From Callorhinchus milii (Eukaryota): a stretch of 64,000 nucleotides of DNA. Within the stretch, counting starts at the first letter, position 1. The number at the start of each line of letters is the position of its first letter. The notes under the pieces are model-generated. The model saw nothing but the letters and a program-made list of their open reading frames with translations, ran no database searches and was not told the origin of the DNA. Positions 1-12,439 of this stretch are shown piece after piece. The stretch spans positions 49,788,001-49,852,000 of the forward strand of contig NW_024704742.1 of NCBI RefSeq assembly GCF_018977255.1. The letters run 5' to 3'. Both the position numbers and the translations under genes were made by a program.

Positions 1-382
1 ATTTTTGACACTGGTTAATTTAAAAAGGTTAAGAAATCTTCACAGAGGTTTTCTTATCAATACATATCAAATTATATTTAATAGACATCAAAATAGTTGT
101 TTATCAAAAAGTTATCAAATCACATTTTTATTATTTTTCCATTTCATGGAATTAAGTTGTAAATTGACATGAGGTGAAAATCTGGATGACTTTTTTTCAT
201 TTTGCTGTACTTCTGAAAGCAAAGTTACTTTCAATTAACCCTGAAAAAATGTTTTCTGATTTCACTTCGAACCGGTTTCTCTCTAATTTTAAGATCACGT
301 CCTTTTTGTTTTGCAGCCCTCCACCAAAGAGAATGTTAACCAGAACTACATCACTCCAAAACCATAGGAATTGTCCTTCAAG

Positions 383-2240
383 ACAACAACAACAACAACA
401 AGATTACATTTGTATAGCGCCTTTCACGTCGGGAGGACGTCCCAAGGCGCTGGACAGTGTAGCGCATTTCAGACCCGAGTTGGGGTCANGGGGGGAGAAG
501 GGAGGGGAGGGGAGTGGCCAATGGTATGATTGAAGTGGAGGGTCTTGAGGCGGGACTTGAAGGAGGCTAAGGAGGGGGCGAGGTGGAGTGACTGGGGGAT
601 GGAATTCCAGAGGTTGGGGGAAGAGGGGCTGAAGGCTCTCCCGCCAATGGTGGGGTGGGTTGGGGGATGTGGAGAGGCCAGAGCTGGTTGAGCGGAGGGA
701 ACGGGTGGGTTGGTAGGGGCTTAGGAGATCACAGATGTAGGGTGGGGCGAGGCCATGGAGGGCTTTGTAGGCGAGGACCAGGATCTTGAATTGGATCCTC
801 TGAAGGATAGGGAGCCAATGGAATCGGGTGAGAGTAGAGGAGATGAGATCATGGAGTTTGGTGCAGGAGAGAACACAGGCTGCAGAGTTCTGGATTATCT
901 GCAGTCTGTGAAGGGAAGAGTTGAGAAGGCCGACAAGCAGGGCTTTGCATCGTCGAGTCTGGGGGTGATGAAGGCATGAACAAGAGTTTCAGCGGCCTGA
1001 GGGGTGAGGTAGTGGTGGAGTCGGACAATGTTATGGAGGTGAGGGAAAGCAGAGCGGGTCATGACTTGGATATTGGGAAGAAAAGACAAGTTGAGGGTTG
1101 AATAAGACACCTGGGTTCCTGACTGGTTTGGTGAGTTGTAGTTTGCAACCATGGAGGTTGATGCTGCCAGAGTCTGAGGTGCTGAGGTGCTGACATGAGC
1201 CAATCAGGAGGGCCTCAGTCTTGTTCACATTCAACTGTAGGAAATTTGCCCTCATCCAGGACTTGATGTCCGACAGGCAGTCTGTCAGGACAGCAGTGGT
1301 CCTGGAGTTGAGGGTGGAGGCAGAAAGATAGAGTTGGGTGTCATCCACATACATATGGAAGTTAACCCCATGTCTGCGGATGATATCACCAAGGGGAAGC
1401 ATGTAGATATTAAAGAGGAGAGGGCCAAGGACAGACCCCTGGGGACGCCAGACGTGATAGTGCAGGGGCTGGAGGAGAAACCGTGAGAGGCAACAAAGTG
1501 GAGACGGTGAGAGAGATAGGAATCGAACCAGGCAAGGGAAGGTCCGTGAAGATTGAATAAAGCGGAGAGGCAGTGTATGAGGATGCAGTGGTTGACAGTA
1601 TTGAAGGCGGCAGAGAAGTCGAGGAGGACAAGAAGGTAGAGGGAGCGCTGATCACCGATGTTCAGAATGTCATTAGTGACTTTGACCAGGGCTGTTTCCA
1701 TGCTGTGGGCAGTATGGAAGCCGGAATTGGACGGGTTCAAAGAAGGAATGGCAAGGGAGAAAGGAGAGGAGCTGGGACGCGACGACTCATTCCAGGACCT
1801 TGAAGAGGGAGGTTAGAGATGGAGCAGTAGCTGGAGAGGAGGGATGGGTTCAGGGAAGGTTTTTTCAAGATGGGGGTGATGACGGCTGTTAAGCGCTCTG
1901 AGATGCTGTCCGGCGTGGAAGGCGCCATATAAATCCAGGTTGTTGTTGTTGTTTTTAGGTAGGTGGGAACTGAGCTGGTGGACAAGGGGAGGTTGATAAC
2001 ATTGGACAGGAGAGGGGCCAGAAGGTGGAGCTGGGAGATGAGGAGAGAGGTGGGGCTGGGATCGAGGGAGCAGATGGTGGATTTGAGTTTGTGGACAGCC
2101 GTGGTGAGGGAGGAGGGAGCGATAGGTTTGAAGGAGTATAGGGGGTGATGGGTGGGGGGGTGGGTCATGAGGGAGAGGTGATATGGGGGTGGCTGTGGAC
2201 AGGGAGGTGGCTGAACGTATCCCCTCGATTTTAGATTCTA
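383..2240 (-). mobile_element. L2-clade LINE, 5'-truncated, degraded RT ORF
   Basis: Minus-strand frames give [49 protein letters not shown] and RLHHYLTPQAAETLVHAFIT. The (CAA)n tail is at 383-400 and there are several frameshifts. Confidence 0.95.
1891..1953 (+). mobile_element. Short L2 3' tail (stem-loop + TTG repeat) nested antisense inside the L2 at 383-2240
   Basis: AAGCGCTCTGAGATGC...GGAAGGCGCCATATAAATCCAGG(TTG)n interrupts the host RT frame. It matches the tail at 41462-41530. Confidence 0.85.
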
Positions 2241-2269
2241 CAATGTGCTTGAGAAGCAGACTTCCTGCA

Positions 2270-2516
2270 AGCTAATGGGAATTCTAATGAGATTTTAAAA
2301 ATCAGGACAGATACCAGGAAGGATGCTTTTCTTTACCGAAAGAGAGTTATTAATGACTGGAATAGATTGCCGGGAGGAAAGGTTGAGGTCCGGATACTGG
2401 ACTCATTTGAAAAAAAGCGTGATCCTATGATGGAAATAGATAAGGTGGGCATTCTGTAAGGATGATATCATTTGGGCCAAAGAGCCTTCTTCATCCAATG
2501 CAACCTTGTGATCTTG
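2270..2516 (+). mobile_element. CR1-clade LINE 3' fragment, old
   Basis: Resembles the CR1 ORF2 end (FFTERVINDWNRLP) followed by a CTTGTGATCTTG tail. Confidence 0.75.
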
Positions 2517-3080
2517 AATATAATTTAAGATAACCCTGACTCTGGAGAAACAAATTGCCCAACAAGCTGGTGAAGGGAAAGTTAATCCAAACTGATCCTT
2601 TCTAGATTAATGGGAATGATGGCTTTCAAGAAGCTTGATAAGAATGTGTGCCGAGTCAGGTAGTGAGGTGAGCTGGGAGGATGAGAGAGAAGTACCTGTT
2701 GGCCTGATGGACAGTGACAGGCTGAGTGAGTATCCAAACCTTGACAAGCTTTTGCGAGCATTGATTGTATGTGTCACAAAATTAAAATGGTTTAAATTTC
2801 TTGATTTTGAAAGAGAACAATTTGCTTACTATATCTGTCCAGTTTAATTGTAAATGTGATAGTGGATAAAACAGAGTATGAGACTAACAGGAATGGAAGC
2901 TGCTGACAAATATAAGAACTGTTAACATTTGATAGGCGCCTCATAGTTTGTGAGCAGATATTGCAGATATTTTTCATATACTTATACAATACAGGAACAG
3001 GAACAGGCCAATTGGCTCCTCAATTCTACACTGGTGTTTACTTCATACGAGCCAGCTAATACTTTGTAAGAGCCACAAAG

Positions 3081-3348
3081 GTGTCAGACTAGCTCAGTAG
3101 GTAAGTACTCTCGCTTCTGAAGGTTGCTTGTGAGAAGTTTGTGGGTGCAAACCATACACTGGAACTTTGAACTTTGGGTTGACAATCCAATGTGGTGCTT
3201 GGAGTGTACTCCATTGTTGGAGGTGCCATCCTTCGGATGAATGTTAAACTGAGGTCACAGGCCTAGATACGTGAGTTCAAAGTCCCAATGTGGGATTGAA
3301 CCCACAACAGTCTGACTCAAGAGGTGAGAGTGCTATCAACTGAGCCAG
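3081..3348. mobile_element. Old tRNA-derived DeuSINE (SacSINE1-like) heads: + copy ~3081-3260 and - copy ~3283-3348
   Basis: GTGTCAGACTAGCTCAGTAGG head and GGAGGTGCCATCCTTCGGATGA core; the same motif recurs at 30541, 50565 and 58890. Confidence 0.75.
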
Positions 3349-3582
3349 GGGGAAACCCAAATTCTCTGGCTCTCAATATATTTTCAGACTTTGATGGACG
3401 AGAAAATTGGATTCCCAACTTACTCATAAATGTGGAGCTTGGTCTTGTGAGTTTATTATTACAGCAAGGAAAACAATATTATAGAGTGCAATAAATTTGC
3501 CAGCATCATAAATTGGCCCAACATGTGAAATGAATAAAAAAGGAAACAAGAATTGTTGTTTATATTTTATTTAGTCCTGTAT

Positions 3583-4050
3583 AACAACAACAACAAATTA
3601 CACTTGTATAGCACCCTTCACGTCAGAAAAACTTCCCAGGGCCTGGACAATCAGGAGTTTTGTTCCTGAGTTGGGAGTTGGGGACAGAACGGGAAGAGGG
3701 CAGCGGAGGTGGGGAAGAGAGGGGGACCGAAGGTACGATCGAAGAGGAAGGTCTTCAGATAGGACTTGAAGGAGGCGAGAGTGGGGGTGAGGCTGAGGTT
3801 TTGCGGGATAGAGTTCCAGAATGTGGTAGAGATGCTGAATGCCTGACTCCGATGGTGGGGTGGGAAGTGTGGGGGACAAGAAGCAGGCTGGTGTCTGCCA
3901 AATGGAGGGAGCGGCCTGGCTGATATGGGATTATGAAGTTGGAGAGGTAGGGGGAGCATGGAGGACCTTGAAGGTAAGAACAAGGATTTTGTGCTTGATT
4001 CTCTGAGGAATGGGGAGCCGGTGAAGCCGGGCAAGAACGCGAGTAATGGA
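3583..4050 (-). mobile_element. L2 LINE 3' fragment
   Basis: (CAA)n tail and stem-loop; frame AFSISTTFWNSIPQNL...SFKSYLKTFLF. Confidence 0.9.
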
Positions 4051-4638
4051 TGTAGGTGGTATCATGGTTTATTGCCTAAAGGTAAAGATCAAGGTCAACA
4101 AATATATTAATAAGTAATTGGATCAGTCCAGAACTAAAACCACCTTTACGGAAACATATAGTTCCATTACTTTGCAAGATTATCAAGAATGAAACTTTAC
4201 CTCCATTGTAATCATTAGTAATAAAAAAAGTTAGCAAAATTGTAACACCTTGCACCTTGTCTGTTTTTGTATGACATGTGGCCTAGAGGTGCCCATCAGA
4301 TAAGCTAAAAAAATCTATTTGAAAAGCAACTTTCATAAAAGCTTGGATTGCCAATAGGACAAATATAGAATGTGTATCCAGGGAGGATGGGCCATTTGTA
4401 AGGATGCTTGGATAATTGGCAGTAAGAGAATCTAGAACAACAACAACTTGCATTTACCTCATGCAGGGTAGTGTCTCGGAGTGCTTATCCCACTGATGAA
4501 TATTCCACTGATCTAGAACATTTGTGAAGGAAGTCTTGAGCATTGACTACAGGGACAGAGGAAGCAGCCTGGAGTGATGCAGAGAAATAGGCTTCAAGGA
4601 GCCTAAATACATTTAGTTCAGAACTATTTTCTTTGCAG

Positions 4639-4726
4639 CTTGACTTAGGTGGGTACAATGGTGATCATATTTTAATGCAAGAAGAATTTGATGCATTTGT
4701 ATCAAATGAAAAAGATAAACAAACTG
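4639..4726 (+). CDS. Candidate internal exon of unidentified host gene (LDLGGYNGDHILMQEEFDAFVSNEKDKQT; phase 0 to 1)
   Basis: Acceptor ttttctttgcag, donor G|gtaata. Only one frame is open, the sequence is non-repetitive, and it splices in frame to 5234. Confidence 0.55.
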
Positions 4727-5233
4727 GTAATATCACTAATATATGTGCCAGGGATTTTTTTCTTTTGATGTTTGCTAATTGCTTTGCATTTTACATTCGA
4801 CAATTCTATATCATTGAATTTGTGTAGTAAGAGATTATCGGAGTGTTTAGAATAACAGCCTGTATTATTCTTCCAAATTTTAGCAGCGTAAGAGACTGGC
4901 AGGGAAAAGCAGATAACAGTCAACCTCAATGCTATAGTTCTCTCCAAGGATTCTCTCAGCACTTCTCTGTTTAATCTCTGGATTTCAGAAGGTTTGTTTT
5001 GATCTCTCACTTCACAGCGTTCCACATGAGGCTGGCCCAAGTTCCTGTTAATTAATTTCTCTCAAGATGTCAGACTGCTTCTGCTTTGGTATTTCTGCTG
5101 TGGAATCAAATGTTAATTTGTGTTGTCGAAGTATGCTTACTTTTTTCAACAAATGTTGTATATGTAGTTTACAATAAGGCATTTTTTGAGAGAGGTGAAC
5201 AAGTTATGCTATTATTTTCTGACAATTTTTTAG

Positions 5234-5270
5234 AAGCAAAGAACCTTAGAAATTTACAGCATACAATGAG
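5234..5270 (+). CDS. Candidate internal exon (EAKNLRNLQHTMR; phase 1 to 2)
   Basis: Acceptor ttttctgacaattttttag, donor AG|gtattt; phase-compatible with 4639-4726. Confidence 0.5.
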
Positions 5271-5364
5271 GTATTTGGCTCTGCTGACATCTGCTTTATC
5301 CCATTCTCCTGCCATTTACATATATTTTTTATATTTCTCCTTCAATGGTTTCCAGTAACGTTAA

Positions 5365-5820
5365 GGGTTTTCCAAGGATGATGCCAGGGATGAGTAGTTT
5401 GACCAATGAACAGATTCTAGAGGAACTGGGCCTTTTTTCATTCGAATAGAGATGATTGAAGGGAGACTTGACTGTCTTGAAAATGTGCAAGGGTGTTCAT
5501 AGGGAGAGATTATTTCTACTGGTTTGTGATTACTTTTACTAGATGGTATTGATTGATTTCAGGTAGTTAGTAAAGTAGCACGGTGGAAGATTTGAAGGAT
5601 TATTTTTTATACACAGAATTGTGAAGATGTGGAATGCCCGACCTGTACAATGATCGAGGTAGGATCCATACTAGCTTTCAAAAGGGATCCAGATAGATAT
5701 CAGGACAGAAATAATTTGCTGGGCTCTGGGGAAAACGCAGGTAAATAAGATTGAATGGATCCCTCCATCAAAGACCTGATTGGTTGAATGGCTTTTCCCT
5801 GCGCTGTAAATTTCTGCAGT
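5365..5820 (+). mobile_element. CR1-clade LINE 3' fragment, old
   Basis: Degraded LEELGLFSFE.R.LKGDL and FFIHRIVKMWNA frames, typical of the CR1 ORF2 C-terminus. Confidence 0.8.
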
Positions 5821-6898
5821 TTTCTTGATTTCTTTAAAAATAAATTTGATTACAATTCCATTCATTCCACGGAAACTCCATTCTGGAAGGAGAAGTGTAG
5901 CTCCTTTGTGTTGGTACGATGTACGATGTACTTCTATTTACTGGAAAGAGTCTCCATTTGATTTTTATGAGACCACATTTTAGTTGTTGCTTATTCTAGA
6001 CACTATTACCCTAGCCTTTTTCAGAGACGGCTTGTGGAATCCTCCAAATAAATCTCTCTCCCTCTCTATGGGGGTGTGCCTGGACTTAGTGCTTCCCACA
6101 GCAGCATAGCAACTGTATAATTTCTCAAGGACTGACAGCACAAATCCGTGCTATGTTATAACCAGTGTTGAGAGACCTGGGTTTATGGATAACATTTCTG
6201 CTTTGAGAGTCAAGGCTTTTCGTCTTGAAAACCCTTCTTTGTCCATAAATTTAAAGTTCAACCAATGAGTTTTTTCCCTCACAAAAATAACACTTGTAAG
6301 TTGGAAAGTCCGTACTATCATTTTGCTTTATTAAGCAGGGTGTGTGTAAATGGGATTAATGCTAATACTACCTTCTGCACAAGCCACATGTGCATAGTAT
6401 TACCTTTATACCAAACAAGATAGTATCATTGAGATTGGTCTCCTCTAAATAAATAATATTGGTGATAATAAAATGATAGCAACACTTTACACATCAAGAG
6501 TGGTCCTGAATTAGATCTGGTGGTTTCTGAAGTATAAAATAACCTGCATTTATATAGATCCCTTCACACAGAGAAAGAAGAGGGAGAGGTGACCATGGTC
6601 AAAGGGAAATAGATTTAAGGTGTGTCTTAAGGTATGATTTAAAGAAAAACAAAGAGTTAAATGTAATTTTTTGTTGTTGTTCTCTGTTGCCATAATGCCA
6701 GCAGCAACTTGGAAGGATGACAAAATGTCATATGATTTCATCCCAAGTGGAGTATAATTCTTCCAATGTGTTATGAAAGGTTATTTATGTTATCATCAGT
6801 AGGGAAGAAAGCTCTACCCTTGAGATTATCTCCACTAGTCTGGCAAACCTTTCCCTTACACCAATATTTGGCTGAAGTCAATGTGTCACCTTGCTGGA

Positions 6899-8847
6899 GG
6901 CGAAGGACAACCCCAGGCGACTGTTCTCTACCACATCCCAACTCCTCCGTCCCCCCCGCCACCCCGCGCAGGTCATCTCCTCCAACCTTCACTGCGAGGA
7001 GATGCTGGATTTCCTTGAATCCAAGATCAAGGGAATCCGCTCCGTGGTCACTTCCCCTCCAACATCCCCCCACCACCCACCCCTTCCCTCCCACACTCCG
7101 ACTCCTACCCATCCTCCCCTACACACCTACGTACCCGTTTCCCCATCCTCTGTCACCAAACTCATCCTCTCCCTGAAACCTACCACCTGCTCCCTTGACC
7201 CCATCCCCACTCCACTCCTTATCTCCCAGCTCCACCTCCTTGCCCCACATATCACAGACATCATCAACCTGTCCCTCTCCTCTGGCTCTTTTCCCTTAAA
7301 AACTGCCACCATCACTCCCACCTTAAAAAAACCCTCCCTTGATGCGTCGCAGCTATCAAGCTACGGGCCCATCTCCAACCTCCCCTTCCTATCCAAGGAC
7401 CTGGAACGAGTTGTCGCCTCCCAGCTGCGCTCTTTCCTCTCAAACCATTCACTATTCGAACCCCTTCAATCGGGTTTCCGTGCTGCCCATAGCACAGAAA
7501 CTGCCCTGGTCAAGGTCACCAATGACATCCTGACCATCTGTGACCAGGGCTCCCTCTGCCTCCTCGTCCTCCTCGACCTATCGGCAGCATTCGATACGGT
7601 CGACCACGCTATCCTCCTCCACCGCTTGTCCTCCCACCTAAACCTTCAAGGCCCTGTCCTTGAGTGGTTTAGGTCGTACCTCTCCCACCGTCTTCACTTT
7701 GTCTCCTCAAATGGTTTTTCCTCCGGCCCCCGCACTGTCTCGTGCGGTGTCCCTCAAGGCTCTGTCCTCGGTCCCCTCCTCTTCACCCTCTATATGCTCC
7801 CCCTTGGTGACATCATCCGCAGACATGGGGTTAACTTCCACATGTATGCGGATGACACCCAACTCTACCTTTCCTCCTCTACCCTCAACTCCACGACCAC
7901 CGATGTCCTGACAGCTGCCTGTCCGACATCGAGTCCTGGACGAGAGATAACTTTCTCCAGCTCAACGTGCGCAAAACTGAGGCCCTCCTGATTGGCTCAC
8001 GTCAGCGCCTCCGCACCTCAGGCGCTGACAGCATCAGCATCCAAGGCTGCACTCTCCACCTCTCAAAGCCAGTCAGGAACCTCGGGGTTCTGTTCGACCC
8101 TGAGCTGTCCTTTCTCCCCCATATCCGCGCCACAACTGGCACCGCCTTCCATCACCTCCGGAATATCGCCAGACTACGGCACTACCTCACCCCTCACGCT
8201 GCTGAAACTCTGGTCCACGCCTTTATCACCTCAAGGCTGGACTATGGGAACTCTCTCCTCGCCGGCCTTCCCGGCACCTCCCTCCACAAGCTGCAGGTCA
8301 TTCAGAACTCTGCAGCTCGTGTACTGTCCCGCACCAGGCTTCGGGACCACATCACTCCCACCCTCGCTCGCCTCCACTGGCTCCCCATCCCCCAGAGGAT
8401 CGAATTCAAGATCCTCACCCTCACCTACAAGGCCATTCACGGCCTCGCTCCCTCCTACCTCTCCGACCTACTATCCCCCTACCTACCCGCCCGTACCCTC
8501 CGTTCCTCTGGCTCCGGTCTGCTCCACATCCCCCGCCCCAACCGCCCTACTATCGGTGGCCGGGCCTTCAGCCTCTCAGCCCCGAGGCTCTGGAACTCTA
8601 TCCCCCAGTGCCTTCGCCGCCTCCTCCCTTTCCTCCTTCAAGGCCGGTCTCAAGACCTTTCTCTTTGACCGTGCCTTCAGCTCCCCTCTCGACTCTCTAC
8701 CCCCTCCTCGCTCCCTCCCTTCCCTCCCCTCACCCTGACCATCTCCCCCCTGCTCGGGTCCTGACCCAACTGTACAGCGCCTTGGGACGTCCTCCCGACG
8801 TGAAAGGCGCTCAATAAATTGAATCTTGTTGTTGTTGTTGTTGTTGC
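6899..8847 (+). mobile_element. Young L2 LINE, 5'-truncated, RT domain near-intact but frameshifted
   Basis: ORFs 6891-7991 and 7967-8668 give [44 protein letters not shown] and RLHWLPIPQRIEFKIL. It has a (TTG)n tail and a flanking 17-bp direct repeat (6882-6898 and 8851-8867, one mismatch). Confidence 0.97.
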
Positions 8848-9196
8848 TGGTGTGGCACCTTGCTGGATATGGTCCTGTACATTTCTTCATAGACAGATTC
8901 CTCACTTATTTGTTTGAAAGACCAAGATTCATATCCTCACAGCTGACCCGACTTTGCAAGGAAGGGAGGATTGATTTGAAGAAGAAACTTGTGCTTTTGT
9001 CCAAAGATGTTGCTGTGTCATCCAAACTTTGTACTTAACATTGGCACAGACCATGGATTCCCCTTTGGTGCACATATCTGTTGCTGAGTGGATTTTAATA
9101 TAACCTCCAATTCTGATCAACAATCACTCACAGAAAGGGCAACTCCTTATACAACAGCAAAATAATGGAATGGAAAAGGAGACTTGGTCACATTAT

Positions 9197-9430
9197 AATA
9201 ATAATAATCCTTGCATTTGTTAGAGTGCCTTATCACATCTTTGAGAAATCTCAAAGCGCTTCACAGAATATACTGTAAAGTGAGTTGACTATAAATTTTG
9301 GAGGCGAAATGCGGCAGCCAATTGCACACAGCATTGTCTCACAAACAGTTGTGGATTGAGTGACCAAATACTTTTTTAAATTTTTTTGAAGGAATCATTA
9401 CCCCCGGAAAAGCCAGCCGACAATCAACTA
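9197..9430 (-). mobile_element. Young tRNA-Deu-L2 SINE, 3' part
   Basis: (ATA)n tail, ATCCTTGCATTTG, CTCAAAGCGCTTCACAGAATATACTG and Deu-like GCAGCCAATTGCACACAGC. Confidence 0.9.
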
Positions 9431-10568
9431 AGATTTGAATTAACCTTAATCTAACCATTCTAACTGTAATCCTTGCCGATGACAATCTGCTTTTTTGCAT
9501 TTAACTTAGTGCCTTTCATGTCGAGTAAATGACTCAAAGTGCTTCACAGGATTTACTGTAAAGTGTGGTGAATCTGTATTTTGTATACAAATATGGTAGA
9601 CAATGTGTGCACAGCAATGTTCCACAAATAGCCATGAAGGGAAAATGATCCTTTAATTGACCTTTGTGGGAGCATGCATTCCATTATACAATTCCTTGGC
9701 TTGAGTCTGCATGTTCAGCATGATCTGAGGAGCGTCTGTTCCCAAGGAGCCATTGGTGTAGTCTACTGGGTTCACTGCACACTTAGGTTCACAGCACCAG
9801 ACAATATTAATATCACATCAGTTACTGAGAAACGAATATAGATGTGAAAAATATAGCCATCCAAACCCAACAGCACCTGAACATTCAGGCTATAGAAGCC
9901 CTTCCCATTCATGTATGGCAGTGATTTAGAAAAGCAGGGAATATATACTCACTCCTTCCAGAGAGAGAGTGTACATTCCATTCCAGACACAGTCCATTTG
10001 GCTATGTTGAGCATTGGTGATGGGTTTCCACATATGTCGATAATGAGGACTCTCTTCTTTGTGGGATGCTGCCTGCAGGTTAAATTAATGTAAATTAAGC
10101 AAATGATAAAATCCAGTGATAAGGTACACATCCCTTCATGTACAAATGCTACTAAAAATGGAAGTGAAATACTACAGTTAAATGGAACATTTTCTGAAGG
10201 TCAGATAAAATTTGTTCTCTCCTAATAGAAATATTATAGGAACATTTCAGACTCGGATTGGTGGTTTATAACCATGATTCTGAACCGTTACTGAACTACT
10301 TATTATAATCACTTGTTTTTCAGGTAGTTACCCATGAATATTGTCCATTAAGAGCTTGAGAGATTAGCTTTCAAAAGAACAGAAATTGAACTGTCAATGA
10401 GAAACATTTAGTGTTGAACTATTGATTCCAATTGGTAAAATATTCCGTAGATTCTCTATTTATGACTAAGTAAAGGATAACTTCTTTCTTCTCTGTTGAA
10501 ACTCAGAGTCAAGCTTGTGGTTATCACATTCAAATGATGATTACTTTTTTCCTTGTTGCTTGATGTAG

Positions 10569-10659
10569 GTGAACACACTTTATCAGCCTCGGCTAAACAA
10601 TGTCAGAGCAGTTACTTCCCCTAGTAAGGAACGTGGGCAAGAAATCTGCTCAATAAAAG
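10569..10659 (+). CDS. Candidate internal exon (VNTLYQPRLNNVRAVTSPSKERGQEICSIK; phase 0 to 1)
   Basis: Pyrimidine tract followed by tgtag acceptor, donor AG|gtgaaa, open frame in unique sequence. Confidence 0.4.
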
Positions 10660-11627
10660 GTGAAAAAGCAAACACAAATGTATGAACAAAAGGAGAAAGA
10701 TAATAAGGTAAAAAGAAAAATATTAGGTCTACTTTAAAAAGACTGACGATGACAACCAATGGGTTGTCATTTAATAACCTTCAGACTAAGGAGTACAACT
10801 AGCATGTAAAGAGATACATAAGAGAAACAAAGGGAATTGGTCAGCCAGCTGCGTTTGGTGCATTGGATAGCAAGAAAAAGTCATGAAGCGAGGGGAGGGG
10901 GTGGAATGCGGGAAGCAAATTAGAGTATGAGGTGGAAAAGAGTTACAGCAAGAAATGAGACATAAGATGCCAGTAGAAGAGGGAATAATCCTGTTTCCAA
11001 TAGACATGAGCCTGTGAGTGGATTCCTCAAACGAGATCGGAGTTAGACATCAGTAGGAATGAAGGAATGTGGAAAAGGATGCAACCATTAAATCTAATCA
11101 ATATTTTTGGTAGTTACCATAGCACTGTTGCCAACCAGCTGCTACATGAAATGGATATCTGTCTATTGGACATCATTGGGGAAGCTTTGCAGATTTCTAC
11201 TTCCTAATAAATATCTGTTGTGGATTATTGACTTTAATTTCGAAACCCTAATTACACATGTTTCCTTAAATTGTGATCAGTATTCAAACTTACAATAGTA
11301 TTAGTTTACTGAGAGTAATTGGATTGATTGCAAGGAAGGTGTTCCTATTTCAACAATTCTACTATTTCCAATGGAACACTATTCATTTGAAGATAGAATG
11401 TCAGATAATTCAAATGCAATAGTTCCTGTTTCAAGTACAACAACAAGTTTATATTTATATTGCACTTTTCATGTCTGGAGGACATCGCAAAGCACTGCAC
11501 AGAGTCAGAACAGACTAATCTACTGACCAATAGACATAAATAAACCACCTTTATTGTTCAATTATTCTAGTTGAAGTATTTATTTAGGCTATCATCTCAC
11601 TAATAGAGTTTTATCGTAAGAGAATTG

Positions 11628-11996
11628 GAGACCTGTAGCTTAATAGTTAAATCACTTACCCTGCAAACAAAAGGATCTGGGTTAGATTCCCAGGCAATGC
11701 GAAACGTTGGGAAAATTTCCTTACTCCACACGCCTCTGTTCACCAAGCAGTATGTATGAACCAGGTTATTAGCCGATGGGCAGATTGCATTTCCAGGGGT
11801 AATAATCCCTATGAAAAAAAAAAATTTGGTTACTGAGTCCATGACTGTTTGTGGAACGCTGCTGTGTGCAGTTGGCTACCGCATTTCTCCCACAAAATAT
11901 ACAGTCAATTCACTTTACAGTGTATTCTGTGAAGTGCTTTGAGATGTCTCGAAGATGTGATAAGGCGCTATATCAAATGCAAGAATTGTTATTATT
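11628..11996 (+). mobile_element. Full-length tRNA-Deu-L2 SINE
   Basis: tRNA-like head, CTGTTTGTGG..GCTGTGTGCAGTTGGCT Deu core, L2-like tail ending in (TTA)n. Confidence 0.9.
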
Positions 11997-12439
11997 CATT
12001 GTTCTGTGCAAATTGGCTGTTCACCTACAAACTACAGTCACTACACTTTACCGTAATCATGTGAAATACTTTGAGACATCCTTCTGACATGAAAGGTGCC
12101 ACATCAAAAGTAAGAATTATTTTTTATTAAGAGATCACAAGAGATTGAGAGAGGTTATGATTTAATATTTATCAATCAGTTAATTGAAACTTTTGCTGAA
12201 TTAAATGTATCCTACTATTTGTACTTAATAATAATCCTTGAATTTGATATAGCACCTTATCATGTCTTTGAGACATCTCAAAGCACTTCACAGAATTTAC
12301 TGTCAAGTGAATTGATTGAAAATTTTATGGGCAAAACTCCGACTTGTGGATTGAGATTAGTGCTTACAAACCTTATGGGTTTGTAAACACTAGTTTGATT
12401 TTGGGTGTCAGTGCTTTCAATGGCAAGCTTTGTGGTTTT

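Noticed and set aside
317..367. Acceptor followed by PSTKENVNQNYITPKP*
   Set aside because: There is no usable donor and nothing supports a terminal exon here.
6891..8668. RT ORFs as a retron, DGR, group II intron or host gene
   Set aside because: The motifs, C-terminal domain, (TTG)n tail, 5' truncation and multiple dispersed copies identify ordinary L2 LINEs.
7992..8905. Long Pro/Ser-rich, Gly-rich, poly-Q, poly-N and poly-Y ORFs in the track
   Set aside because: They are alternative or antisense frames of C-rich L2 sequence and of (CAA)n/(TAT)n tails.
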